From a virus (Duplodnaviria; Caudoviricetes): 64,000 nucleotides of DNA. A program made the position numbers and the translations under genes. Under the pieces are notes generated by a model. It worked only from the letters and a program-made list of their open reading frames with translations. It was not told the DNA's origin and ran no database searches. The stretch covers positions 128,001-192,000 of the IMG/VR virus record IMGVR_UViG_3300021978_000001, one strand, 5' to 3'. Shown here piece after piece: positions 1 to 9,312 of the stretch. The first letter of the stretch is position 1, and the number at the start of each line of letters is the position of its first letter.

Positions 1-9
1 CCGATCCAG

Positions 10-86
10 AGCAGCCAGTGGGAATCGAACCCACAACCTCCTCGGGACCATCACCACAGATGTGGTGAAAATTGAGCCATGGCTGC
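10..86 (-). ncRNA. tRNA-like RNA without anticodon arm; 25-nt hairpin motif inserted in the D region
   Basis: Perfect acceptor stem GCAGCCA/TGGCTGC, T-arm GTGGG-TTCGATT-CCCAC, D 5' strand GCTC; centre replaced by TTCACCACATCTGTGGTGATGGTCC. Confidence 0.7.
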
Positions 87-165
87 TTGCTCGTGAAGGG
101 CGTTGCCGTTCACGAGAGACACAACTAGGTGACGTGGAGAGTTATTCCACACCACCACGCGCGTG

Positions 166-771
166 TCAAACGTTCTGTGGGAATTGAGCCAGGAGATCCT
201 GATCCTGACCTGCAACACGCTGAACAGGGATGGCCGTAAACGTGGACCGCAGGCTCGCCGCGTAAGGCGTCTCGACCAGGAATTGGTATGCAGGCGCACA
301 CTTGATCGACTTCTGATCGCCCACACGTTGGCATTCGATCACGATGTCCTTTCCGACGCGGTTGGTGACCGAGGCGACACGCTCGACCTTCCCGACCTGC
401 AACCCCGCACCCATCACGCGATCATCCGTCACGACCTTGCGCGCGATCTTGGTGACGTAGAACAACCCTTCAGCGTCGAGGAAGAGCGCCGCCATGCGGT
501 CCTCGAAAGCGCTCTTACAGGAACTCTTGCGGTGATGGGAAAACGCACATTCGAGCTTGCGCAAACCATACACCACACCAAAGCCATCACCTTGGTGCGC
601 GTACTTGACGAGGATGGCGCACGCTTCCTGAATAGCCTTGCGGGTCTCTCCCGCCGAAGAGGAGACCCACGCGTCTACTTGCGTGGCAAGGGTATGTGCC
701 TGGAGAAAGTAGGAGAGCGCGGTTTGGGGAACGATGATCGCGGACATGATAGACACCTCGTGGTCAGTCAA
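166..771 (-). CDS. hypothetical protein
   Basis: 201-aa ORF on the coding strand, downstream of a sigma70-like promoter. Confidence 0.7.
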   Translation of the reverse strand: MTDHEVSIMSAIIVPQTALSYFLQAHTLATQVDAWVSSSAGETRKAIQEACAILVKYAHQGDGFGVVYGLRKLECAFSHHRKSSCKSAFEDRMAALFLDAEGLFYVTKIARKVVTDDRVMGAGLQVGKVERVASVTNRVGKDIVIECQRVGDQKSIKCAPAYQFLVETPYAASLRSTFTAIPVQRVAGQDQDLLAQFPQNV

Positions 772-804
772 AGATTGAGTGCGCGTTGCTCGCGCCGACA
801 GATC

Positions 805-833
805 TGTATACCACGAAGTAGGGTAGGCGTAAA
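805..833 (-). promoter_or_regulatory. sigma70-like promoter
   Basis: TTTACG-N17-TATACA with TGG before -10. Confidence 0.55.
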
Positions 834-841
834 AGGGAAAA

Positions 842-1342
842 TCAATTCAAGTGCGCAGATACCGCAAAAAGGTCCACGTGGAAAAACGAACGAAGATTTT
901 CCGTGAACGCTTCGAGTTCGGCCTCGACCCCCGCCAGGGTCGCCTCGCTCGGTGTCATGATCGGAATGCGCAAGTGGATGTGCACATGCGGCATCTCACG
1001 CAGCTCGTCCCACACCAGGCTCTCGATGTAGGGTAGACCACGCCCGAGGAAATCCCCGTGAGCCTGGCAAAACGAGCGCAAGGTTTGCTCCAGCTCCAAC
1101 ACCGAGATGTCCGGCTCCCAACACACAGGGCGCGTTGAAGGTTCGTCGAGGGAATGGTAAGGTGTGCCCTCGTAAGTCGTGCGTTTGACGCGAGGCTTGG
1201 AAGGGGCAGGAAGGTTTTCGTAATACTCTGGAGGGAAGGGAATCGGCTGCGGGAGCATGGGCGTGAAGGCTTCGTCAGCTTCCTCAAGCGCGTCGCTCTC
1301 CTCCGTTGAGAGAATAGGGGGCTGGTGATCATGCTCGGACAT
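842..1342 (-). CDS. hypothetical protein
   Basis: 166-aa ORF, SD-like spacing, fits operon. Confidence 0.7.
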   Translation of the reverse strand: MSEHDHQPPILSTEESDALEEADEAFTPMLPQPIPFPPEYYENLPAPSKPRVKRTTYEGTPYHSLDEPSTRPVCWEPDISVLELEQTLRSFCQAHGDFLGRGLPYIESLVWDELREMPHVHIHLRIPIMTPSEATLAGVEAELEAFTENLRSFFHVDLFAVSAHLN

Positions 1343-1357
1343 GAGGAAGCTCTATAG

Positions 1358-1654
1358 TCAATGCTCCTCAAGGAACTCCACGACATGCTCAAGGAGCTTT
1401 TCGCGACCACCAGGGGAGAGGTTCACATGATCGAGACGCCAGAGCCTTAGACGTTCCGTAGGCGTCAACAGCTCCTTGAGCGTCTCTTCCTGAAGGACAT
1501 GCTCCAGGGCAGCATCAAAGACTTTGGAGAGCCCACGGATGTCTTCATCATAGAGAGGCAACGTGCTCTCCCCGAAGAACTCCTTGAGCGTCTCTTTGTG
1601 GGCACACTGGAGCCGCTCACGCCACTGCTGATACAAACGCTCTCGATGACTCAT
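1358..1654 (-). CDS. hypothetical protein
   Basis: 98-aa ORF with GGAAG/AAGG upstream. Confidence 0.7.
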   Translation of the reverse strand: MSHRERLYQQWRERLQCAHKETLKEFFGESTLPLYDEDIRGLSKVFDAALEHVLQEETLKELLTPTERLRLWRLDHVNLSPGGREKLLEHVVEFLEEH

Positions 1655-1687
1655 CTTACTTCCTTGCCTTAGCGTCTTGCCTTGTCA

Positions 1688-2671
1688 TCAAGGCGTGACG
1701 GGATCTCCGAGGTCTGTTGCCCAGGGATGCAGGTAGCCCCGCAAAATGAACGTGAACACCTCTTCTGGCGCGCCTCCGAGGAACCGCCTACCATAAGGCG
1801 TCAGGAGGTTTGGCCACTCGCGCATGAACCGTTGATCGAAGTTGATGAACTGCCCATAGTCTGGTCCATCCTGTGGGATGACAATCGCAAGAGGCATCCT
1901 ACGCGAGCTGTAATCCCCTGCAATAGGGAAATGCGCATCATCAATGCCTGTGATCGCTCCGAAGAACCCGGGATACTGCTCGCCCTGGTAAGGACCATCC
2001 AGTTTCTCGGGAGCAAAGACCCACTGGTACGTCCTGCTCGCAGAAGGCACCCCGCTCGTGATCACGCCAGGATCGAACGCCGCGACACCTTGTGTTTGCC
2101 AGGTAAACTCGGGCGTCACCGCGAGCGGAGTCCTGGTCAAATCGAAGCAGTTCTCCGAGAACGCCCACATGCTCGGATAAACCGTACCTGAAGAGACCAT
2201 GAAGATCAACTCGGGGTAGTCATCATTCTCGATCAGATACAGGTTCAAGGTACCCGCGCCTGTATCGTAATCGTCGATGGTCTTCATGGGCGTCGAATCG
2301 GTCGGAAAGAACGCGGCATCAGCAGAGGGATCGAGCCCCCCGACAAACGAAGCAGCATATCCTCCGCCGTTGGCGTACCCGAAGCTAAGAGCGCCGTTCC
2401 CTTCGGTGTCATTGGTCACCCGAGCGCTCACCTCGATCTGGTCCGCGTAGCTTTGCTGGTAACCATTCGGAATCGCCACGAGGATCTCGTGAGCCCCTTG
2501 CGTCAACACGAAGTAGTTGTTCTCCGTGTTGCCTGTACCAAACGACTCCAGCGCGGAGACCGTCCATGTGGTGAGGTTCGTTGCAAAGAAGTTTTGCATG
2601 AACGTCCCCTCACCATTGGTGGTACCTGCGCCATACGGATCTCGCGTTGTCGTGTATCCAATACGTGGCAT
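1688..2671 (-). CDS. putative virion structural/tail-associated protein
   Basis: 327 aa, G/T/S/Y-rich beta-type composition, coupled (ATGA-like overlap) to the upstream gene. Confidence 0.55.
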   Translation of the reverse strand: MPRIGYTTTRDPYGAGTTNGEGTFMQNFFATNLTTWTVSALESFGTGNTENNYFVLTQGAHEILVAIPNGYQQSYADQIEVSARVTNDTEGNGALSFGYANGGGYAASFVGGLDPSADAAFFPTDSTPMKTIDDYDTGAGTLNLYLIENDDYPELIFMVSSGTVYPSMWAFSENCFDLTRTPLAVTPEFTWQTQGVAAFDPGVITSGVPSASRTYQWVFAPEKLDGPYQGEQYPGFFGAITGIDDAHFPIAGDYSSRRMPLAIVIPQDGPDYGQFINFDQRFMREWPNLLTPYGRRFLGGAPEEVFTFILRGYLHPWATDLGDPVTP

Positions 2672-3753
2672 CAGGGGAGTCCTGTAGGATCAGGGTAAGG
2701 GAACGACGGTTGATTGAGCGCATAGGGGAAGCAGAGCTGATCGTGGAGCTTGATGAACAAGCCACCATCGAACTGGGTATAGAGCTGACGCTCCGTCGCA
2801 CCCATCACGCGCACCACATCCGAATCCAGGTAACCCTTGTAGTACGTCGCGGAAGCGAGCGTCACGACATCCCAGGGGTAGCGTCCGTCCTCGAAGGGCA
2901 CGTTGAATTGCGTGAAATCCTGGTCGAAGTTGTCTTCCATGAGAAGCACCACACCGCCGTCATCCATCACGTAGTGCGTATCCGCGATAAGAGCAGCCGA
3001 AGTATTAAACCCGATACCAAACGACCCTGTGGTGAAGGTGTCTCCAGCACGATAAGGCACGACCACCTCACCGAGACCCATGATCCCACCGATCACATTC
3101 ACCTCTCCGAGCGACATGTAGGCAACCACGAAAGGCTTCACATCATCGAAGATGTACACCATACGTGAGCCCAAAACCTGGTTCGATGTACCCCCATATG
3201 CACCATCCGCGACGTAGCCATACACCGACCCTGCCGAGATAAACGCTGCGATGCCCGAAACCCATGGGTTTACCGCAGGCGTATCGAGGTCCCCACCAGG
3301 GAGCGAGCCATCAGCGTTCAAGCCTGCGCCATAAGGACTGACCGTGCCCCCTGTGGGGTGATAATGGATCGACACACCACCATCGGTGCCGAAGGTCGTA
3401 CCTCCGTCGATGTTGCGGTAGAAATCAGAGATCGTACCCGAGAACATATCCTCGTGCTCGGTCTCCGAGGTGCTGATCGCATACCCAGGGTAGGTGAACA
3501 ACCAGGCTGGACCCACGCGTGACGAAGGCGCGCCCCCATCCATCAGGAACACGATGAAGCCATATCCCTTATAGTTGGAACGACCCGGCCAACGGAACAC
3601 ATCCGAGACTTGCCAGTTGGTCTGGTTGGTATCAGGATCGAGCACATCACGGAAACGATCACGAATACGCACGACCTCGACGTCTGCGTCCGCATCACTC
3701 GAACAACGGCTGTTCGGGTCCCAAAGTCCAATGTCCACAAGATAACGCGCCAT
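2671..3753 (-). CDS. putative virion structural/tail-associated protein
   Basis: 360 aa, G/D/Y-rich; follows Ig-domain genes. Confidence 0.55.
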   Translation of the reverse strand: MARYLVDIGLWDPNSRCSSDADADVEVVRIRDRFRDVLDPDTNQTNWQVSDVFRWPGRSNYKGYGFIVFLMDGGAPSSRVGPAWLFTYPGYAISTSETEHEDMFSGTISDFYRNIDGGTTFGTDGGVSIHYHPTGGTVSPYGAGLNADGSLPGGDLDTPAVNPWVSGIAAFISAGSVYGYVADGAYGGTSNQVLGSRMVYIFDDVKPFVVAYMSLGEVNVIGGIMGLGEVVVPYRAGDTFTTGSFGIGFNTSAALIADTHYVMDDGGVVLLMEDNFDQDFTQFNVPFEDGRYPWDVVTLASATYYKGYLDSDVVRVMGATERQLYTQFDGGLFIKLHDQLCFPYALNQPSFPYPDPTGLP

Positions 3754-3809
3754 GGTATCCTCATCTTTGATGTGACAACGTTTGCCAAAGACACCAGGCT
3801 ACAAACAGA

Positions 3810-4325
3810 TTACGGGATCAACGTTACCGTAAGCTCATCCCGAAGCTCGAACGCGTTCGAGTCTGGAGAACCATCAGGCGTTACCTCCTCCACAGGTGTC
3901 AACACCACCGTATCGCGAGGCGAAAAGAACCTCGGATGGGACAGCGTATCGGTGTTCGCAGGGGTGCTCTCCAGGTACACGATCGGGAGGGAGTTGAACC
4001 CATAAAGCACGTTCAGATCTCCCTGAATCGTGATCGGGCCATCAGGGGAGTTATCCGCGAACAGGTTGAAGTTATCCGCCTTGTTGTCGAGCACCAGAAA
4101 CGAAGCCTCACCATTGACCAGGGTCTTCTGGTTGTCGATCAAGGTAAACGTCCCATCCTCGTCCGCGTCGAACAGGAGATCGAGATCTGCGCTGGTCAGC
4201 TCGACCACGGTCGTGTTGTCATCCGTGATCACGTTCCCGAGCGCATCGAGCGCGCGCACGATCACCGTGAAGGTCTCTCCTACTTGCACCGAGGAGGGCA
4301 CCAGGACTTGAAAGCTGTCAATCAT
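3810..4325 (-). CDS. Ig-like domain protein with conserved C-terminal HPRFF...PDGSPDSNAFELRDELTVT motif
   Basis: N-half aligns with the C-terminus of the 4670 protein; C-half aligns with the 4337 protein. Confidence 0.7.
   Translation of the reverse strand: MIDSFQVLVPSSVQVGETFTVIVRALDALGNVITDDNTTVVELTSADLDLLFDADEDGTFTLIDNQKTLVNGEASFLVLDNKADNFNLFADNSPDGPITIQGDLNVLYGFNSLPIVYLESTPANTDTLSHPRFFSPRDTVVLTPVEEVTPDGSPDSNAFELRDELTVTLIP
3813..3950. repeat. duplicated C-terminal coding module, copy 1 (copy 2 at 4340-4471)
   Basis: Near-identical peptide TLxHPRFFxxRDTVVxTPVxExTPDGSPDSNAFELRDELTVT; 28-nt identical DNA core catcccgaagctcgaacgcgttcgagtc. Confidence 0.85.
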
Positions 4326-4336
4326 GGTCGTGTCTC

Positions 4337-4660
4337 TTAGATGATGGTCACGGTGAGTTCATCCCGAAGCTCGAACGCGTTCGAGTCCGGGGAACCATCA
4401 GGCGTCGCTTCATCGACAGGCGTGAACACCACCGTATCTCTCGCCTCGAAGAACCTTGGGTGGTCGAGCGTCTCGGTGTCGATCGGCGTACTGTCCTCAT
4501 ACCGCAACGCGGCCCCTGCGACTCGCTGGAAGGTCCTGGAGTCTGTGGAGGGGGTACCCCCGGGGGCAACCGCTGCGGTGACCACCAGGTTGCCGTTGGA
4601 GGCATCACGCGCGCGAATCGTTACCTCCCCCTGAACCAATGTCTTTACATTATCAGGCAT
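4337..4660 (-). CDS. second half of a split Ig-like domain plus conserved C-terminal motif
   Basis: In frame with 4670-8494 after TGA-GAG-GTA-GTT; PDNVKTLVQG aligns with IDNQKTLVNG of the 3810 protein. Confidence 0.75.
   Translation of the reverse strand: MPDNVKTLVQGEVTIRARDASNGNLVVTAAVAPGGTPSTDSRTFQRVAGAALRYEDSTPIDTETLDHPRFFEARDTVVFTPVDEATPDGSPDSNAFELRDELTVTII
4340..4471. repeat. duplicated C-terminal coding module, copy 2
   Basis: See copy 1; same 16-bp palindrome CTCGAACGCGTTCGAG. Confidence 0.85.
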
Positions 4661-4669
4661 AACTACCTC

Positions 4670-7600
4670 TCAAGGTTCATCGAAGATGCCGTCATTGTCC
4701 CCATCGAACTCGATGTCATCATCCGAGGTCAGGAGCACCTGCGTCGTATTATCCGTCTTGACCGTCTTCCCGGTCACATCACGCGCCTGCACGCGGACAT
4801 CAAACTCATCCCCCGCCTGAATCCCCTCGGGGGCTGAAAGCTCGAAGTAAGAGACCGGCCCGAGCGCTTCGAGATAATGAGATTGAATCGTCACGGGGTC
4901 GAGCGCGCGGTCATAAATCGCGAGGTTCGCCACCGCGCCCTGCATCCCCTGCCCCACGCCGATCGAGAAGGGAAGCTGGACATCACCTGTGTAGGGCGTC
5001 GAAGCCACGACCTCACTGTCAATGTAAGCGCGCATCCAGGAGCCGTCATACGTGAGCACGATGTGGTAGAACTCTCCGATCTCACGATCAGGCAAGAGCA
5101 AGGTCTTCTGTCCCGTGCCCGTGGTCAAGGTCCACTGATACACCGTCGCATTGTTTGCTACCGTGAGGATGTCCGGGATGATCGCGGTCGCGGTATCAAA
5201 CCTCACGCGCGCCCACAGCTCAAGGGTAAATCCATTTGTGATCAAACCCGCGAGCGCATTGGTCGGTACGCGGACGTACCCCGCATCCACGTTAGCAGCA
5301 TTCTCCAGGTCCTTGGCGAGCGGTCCCAGGATATTGCGTGGTGCGTTCCCGAGGTAGGTGCCGTTGATCTGGAGCGGTCGCACATCATACGCCACCACAC
5401 CGCTCGCCTCGTTGAGCGGGTAGTACACCAACGGGGTATCATCGTAGACAAGCGCGGGATAGAACTGCCCGAAGACGCTCACGGTCACTTGTGAGGTGTC
5501 AGGGTTCGCGAAGGTATCCTCGATCGTATAATCGAACGTCGAGACTCCCAGGAAGGAAGTCGCGGGGGTAAACTGCAAGACGTTGTTTGGCCCTGCCCCC
5601 ACGATCGTGACCGCGCCTTCTGTGGGATTCGGCGCCACGAAACTCACCACCGTGAGGTCATCACCCTCGGGGTCTGTCGCATCTGCCAGGACATCGACCA
5701 CGGTCGCGCGCTCGAAGACGGTAGGCTGAAACACCGCCGCCGCTTGAGGAGGCTGGTTTGCCTCGATCGTCACTGTGACCGTGGCGGTGTCCTTGAGACC
5801 AAACTCATCCGAGATCTCATAGTCGAACGTGTCCACGAAAGGCGTGGGCAACAAGGGGTGCACGTAGGTGATGAAATCGTCGTAGACATCACCCGGGGTA
5901 CCCGCGTTGTTGATCGCGACCGTGCCCCCAAACTGACTCGTAGCATCCGCGTCCGAGATGAAGATCTGATCCCCATCCGGGTCACTGTCATTGACCCTCG
6001 GGTCCACGTTCAAGACCTGACCTTCTGCGACCGTCGCGGCGAAGTTATTCGCCACAGGGCGTTGGTTGGCGCCTACCTGGACACTGACTTGCGCGGACTC
6101 CACCTGGCCATACGAATCACGCGTGGTGCATGTCACGAGGAATGTCCCCACCCCTGTGAATTGATATACTCCAGACGCCGCCGTCGAGGTACCATCACCG
6201 CCAAAGTCCCAGAAGTATTCGTAGGACTTGTCAAAGCCGCTCTGCGCCGTGACCGTCGCAGAATACGAGATCTGCTCCGTGACGGGCAACACGAGGGGCG
6301 TCACCGAGATCGCCAGCTCGTAGCTCACCGCGACCTGAATCGTGTAGTCCCGTTGATTGCCGAAGGTGTCCTCGATCGTATACGAGAACGATGCAATGCC
6401 CACAAAGCCCGGCGAAGGCGTGAAGAGCAACGTATCATCCGTGAGATCACCAGGCGTGCCATTCTCGACGCGCGTAACCGTTCCGCCCGATGCGGGTTGA
6501 GTAAACGACACCAGCGAGATGGCCTCGCCTTCGGGATCACTCGCGAGTGCCAGCGGGTCCACCTCACGCGGTGTATCGAGCGGGGTCGAGACACGAAGGT
6601 TCGCGGCGCTCGGGCCAAAGTTGTTCACCGTGACGGTCACGGTACCTGTGTCAGTGCGCGTCCCGTCTTCGAGCGTGTACGTGAACGAAGTCGTCCCGGC
6701 AAAGCCTACATCCGCCGTGTACGTGATCGTGTTGTCTGCTTCGAGCACGACCGTCCCTTCTCCCACGGGCGGTTGTGTCACCGCTGTCACATCAAGGGGA
6801 TCAGGAAACGGCGTGGTGTCATTGGCGAGGACATTGATGTTGGTTGTCCCCTCGAACGGACATACCGCGTTGTCTGCGATGGCCGCGAACGCTTCCTGTT
6901 GCACGAGGATCGAGATCGACGCAGACGCGAAGAGACCATCCTCATCCTGGACCTGGTAAACGAACGTATCGGTCCCCAGGAAATCCGTGGGAGGAGTATA
7001 CTGCACCTGATTTGCGATAATAACCGCAGAGCCTCCCTGGTCCGTAGGCGTCTGCACATCGGTCAAGGTGAGCAGTTGGCTTGGGGGATCGGGGCGGTCA
7101 TTGGCTTGCGGAGAAAACGTCAGTGGCGTATTCGGCTCTGTCGTTCTGAAATCATTGACGGCCTGGATAGGCTGCTTGGGCGCGACCACCACCGTGACCA
7201 GAGCTTCATCCGTGGCTCCCGCGCCGTTGGTGATCTCGTAGGTGAAGGTGTCTTCGGCATCCTGAAAGTCATCGTCAGGCGTGTAGAGAAACGTCGCTGC
7301 CTCTCCTGCACCCTGAATCACCACAGTACCATTCGCAGGCTGCGTGAACGCACTGATCGACCCTGAGCCCCCAGGAGGGAAGCTGTCGTTGGCCAGCACT
7401 GTCAACGTTCGTGGGGTCTGGTAGGTCGTGGTATACAGATCATTGAACGCCACGAGATCCGGCACAGGGTCCACATTCACCGTCGCGAACGGCGTCGAGC
7501 GATTCGCAGTTCCATCAGTCACGAAGCCCACCGGCTGGAAGATGCCAACCTCGGTGTACTGATAGGTCGTACTGTTCGCGAGCTGCGGGCCAATCGAGGG

Positions 7601-8494
7601 GATGAACCCATCCGGGCTGAACGAATACTGGAGCGTGTCGTTATCGGGATCGGTGGCCGTGATCTCGAAGGTCACCGTCTCACCCTCGAAGATATTCAGG
7701 GTGCTCGACGGGCCGATGCCATTGGCGGTCGCGTTCTGAATCTCGGGGGGACGATTGTTGTTGGTGTTGAACGTCGAGCGCTGCTCACCATCAACCTCCA
7801 CGCCGTCCCCATACAATGCCACCTCGTCGATCAAACCATCGAAGCGCTGTGCGTTGTTGTACGCACCAACCTGAACATTCTCTGTACCGAGCGCGGGCGC
7901 AGGTGCGTTCGCGACCACAACCCCTTGCTCCCCGTTCAAGAAGACCGCGTTGGTCGTACCATCCCAGTTCCCCAGGACGTAGTAGTACGTGTTGGGCGTG
8001 ATCACCGAGGGACTGAAGGCGAGCTTGGCAGCAGCGGAGTCATTGTACCAGAATTTGATGCGACCATCAGGCAACAGGGAGAGCTGGAAGTTGTTAGCGC
8101 CCACGTTGTCTCCGCGCGACACCAACGTCTCCTCAGAGACGGGGAGCGCATCGACCTTGATCCAACATTCGACCGCGAATTGACTGAATGCCTGGTTGAG
8201 TGCGGCATTCGCGGTCACGTTAACAAAGCCATCGACACCATCGAGTTCGATCGCCGTGTCGAGCTGATCATTGGTCAGCGGGCTCTCGGCTTCGAGCGTG
8301 ATCCCTTGAGCAGTGAAGGTTCCGTTCGTTCCGTTCGGGGAGGAATCGAACGCCGTCAGCCCCTCAGTTTCCTGGAAACGAAGGTACATCAACGGATTGT
8401 CCCGCAACACAAAGGACGAGTAACGCAACCCACCCGGAACGAGTCGGTTGAAGTCAAACACCAGGTTGGGGTTCAGGTTGTTGAAATCGGCCAT
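4670..8494 (-). CDS. large adhesin/tail-fibre-like protein: LamG - cadherin-like/Ig (Big_9-type) repeats - PKD - LamG - half Ig
   Basis: Two LamG-type regions (F(S/T)vE.W, HIVLTYDG, FDGLIDEVALY), repeated A.ND...V..LAND...D...TFTYTI.D units, PKD WDFGGDG; start placed at MADFNN. Confidence 0.8.
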   Translation of the reverse strand: MADFNNLNPNLVFDFNRLVPGGLRYSSFVLRDNPLMYLRFQETEGLTAFDSSPNGTNGTFTAQGITLEAESPLTNDQLDTAIELDGVDGFVNVTANAALNQAFSQFAVECWIKVDALPVSEETLVSRGDNVGANNFQLSLLPDGRIKFWYNDSAAAKLAFSPSVITPNTYYYVLGNWDGTTNAVFLNGEQGVVVANAPAPALGTENVQVGAYNNAQRFDGLIDEVALYGDGVEVDGEQRSTFNTNNNRPPEIQNATANGIGPSSTLNIFEGETVTFEITATDPDNDTLQYSFSPDGFIPSIGPQLANSTTYQYTEVGIFQPVGFVTDGTANRSTPFATVNVDPVPDLVAFNDLYTTTYQTPRTLTVLANDSFPPGGSGSISAFTQPANGTVVIQGAGEAATFLYTPDDDFQDAEDTFTYEITNGAGATDEALVTVVVAPKQPIQAVNDFRTTEPNTPLTFSPQANDRPDPPSQLLTLTDVQTPTDQGGSAVIIANQVQYTPPTDFLGTDTFVYQVQDEDGLFASASISILVQQEAFAAIADNAVCPFEGTTNINVLANDTTPFPDPLDVTAVTQPPVGEGTVVLEADNTITYTADVGFAGTTSFTYTLEDGTRTDTGTVTVTVNNFGPSAANLRVSTPLDTPREVDPLALASDPEGEAISLVSFTQPASGGTVTRVENGTPGDLTDDTLLFTPSPGFVGIASFSYTIEDTFGNQRDYTIQVAVSYELAISVTPLVLPVTEQISYSATVTAQSGFDKSYEYFWDFGGDGTSTAASGVYQFTGVGTFLVTCTTRDSYGQVESAQVSVQVGANQRPVANNFAATVAEGQVLNVDPRVNDSDPDGDQIFISDADATSQFGGTVAINNAGTPGDVYDDFITYVHPLLPTPFVDTFDYEISDEFGLKDTATVTVTIEANQPPQAAAVFQPTVFERATVVDVLADATDPEGDDLTVVSFVAPNPTEGAVTIVGAGPNNVLQFTPATSFLGVSTFDYTIEDTFANPDTSQVTVSVFGQFYPALVYDDTPLVYYPLNEASGVVAYDVRPLQINGTYLGNAPRNILGPLAKDLENAANVDAGYVRVPTNALAGLITNGFTLELWARVRFDTATAIIPDILTVANNATVYQWTLTTGTGQKTLLLPDREIGEFYHIVLTYDGSWMRAYIDSEVVASTPYTGDVQLPFSIGVGQGMQGAVANLAIYDRALDPVTIQSHYLEALGPVSYFELSAPEGIQAGDEFDVRVQARDVTGKTVKTDNTTQVLLTSDDDIEFDGDNDGIFDEP

Positions 8495-8519
8495 GGCACC
8501 ATCTCGGGTGGAAAGGGTC

Positions 8520-9029
8520 TCACGCCCCTGTGAATATAGATGCACTATGGAGCGCGAGCACTACCGAAGCGAGGACAATCGAGAAGCCCATGAGCCGGAA
8601 CCACCACACTGACCAACCAAGCGTCTCCGAGGCTCGCATGAGGTCTGACCGAGGGGTGATAGCAATAGAGTTCGTGATCATATCCACCACACCACCCCCC
8701 ATAAGCACGAGCCACAACAAGAGCAGGTAACCCTGCAACCCGAGCACAACACCCACCGGCAAGAGCACACAAGCAAGGAGGCTCGGAAGGCGTGGTGCGC
8801 ACAGGATCGCGACGCGTTGCCACTTCGTGGGTGGGCGGATCATGTAGTAGCGCGTATGCGCCCACTGGAACCCGCCAGGGATACGGCGAGGGCGCAAGTC
8901 AATCGTGTAATGCACCACACCGACCAGACGGTCTGCGGTCCACACATGCGAATACTCGTGCACGAAAGCCCACAACAAGTAGACCAACGGTGCGAGATAG
9001 AAAAGATGCAAGAGAAGCCAGGGGGACAT
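8520..9029 (-). CDS. membrane zinc metalloprotease-like protein (M50/zincin-like)
   Basis: HEYSH motif in a TM helix, several hydrophobic segments, later D-containing motif (GVVDM..SDL); SD AGGAGG. Confidence 0.6.
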   Translation of the reverse strand: MSPWLLLHLFYLAPLVYLLWAFVHEYSHVWTADRLVGVVHYTIDLRPRRIPGGFQWAHTRYYMIRPPTKWQRVAILCAPRLPSLLACVLLPVGVVLGLQGYLLLLWLVLMGGGVVDMITNSIAITPRSDLMRASETLGWSVWWFRLMGFSIVLASVVLALHSASIFTGA

Positions 9030-9087
9030 ACGCGCCTCCTTGTAAGGTCGTCCATAGGACAAGGTTTACAAGGAGGCTATGCGAGAG

Positions 9088-9312
9088 TCACTGGAGCGTG
9101 ACCTCATCGACCAGCGTGATTTGCATGGTCAGACGGTAGGGGATCGTGAGCGCGATATGGCAATGGGCACACAAGCAGTAAAACTCGTTGGTCTCGTTGA
9201 TCTCGGGGTACGAAAGATGTTGCTCGCTGAAATCAATCTCGAAGTCTTGTTTGCACACAGGACACGTCACTGTGCGCTGCTCATCGAGGTATACGCGTTT
9301 GCCAAGTTCCAT
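9088..9312 (-). CDS. small zinc-ribbon protein
   Basis: CPVC ... CLCAHC; SD AAGGAG before MELGK. Confidence 0.6.
   Translation of the reverse strand: MELGKRVYLDEQRTVTCPVCKQDFEIDFSEQHLSYPEINETNEFYCLCAHCHIALTIPYRLTMQITLVDEVTLQ

Noticed and set aside
45-69. 25-nt motif as a serine-recombinase site (inverted arms around a 2-bp core)
   Set aside because: Arms and core differ between the two copies while pairing is kept, including a G-U valid only on one strand; this fits RNA structure better than a protein-recognised dsDNA site
4670-4672. Genome-wide TGA recoding as an explanation for the in-frame stop
   Set aside because: Many well-defined genes (e.g. lon, orn, dut, gyrB) end at TGA at the expected length, so the standard code applies
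5744-7366. 540-aa plus-strand ORF
   Set aside because: Antisense shadow of the adhesin; R/H-rich nonsense composition typical of GC-rich reverse frames
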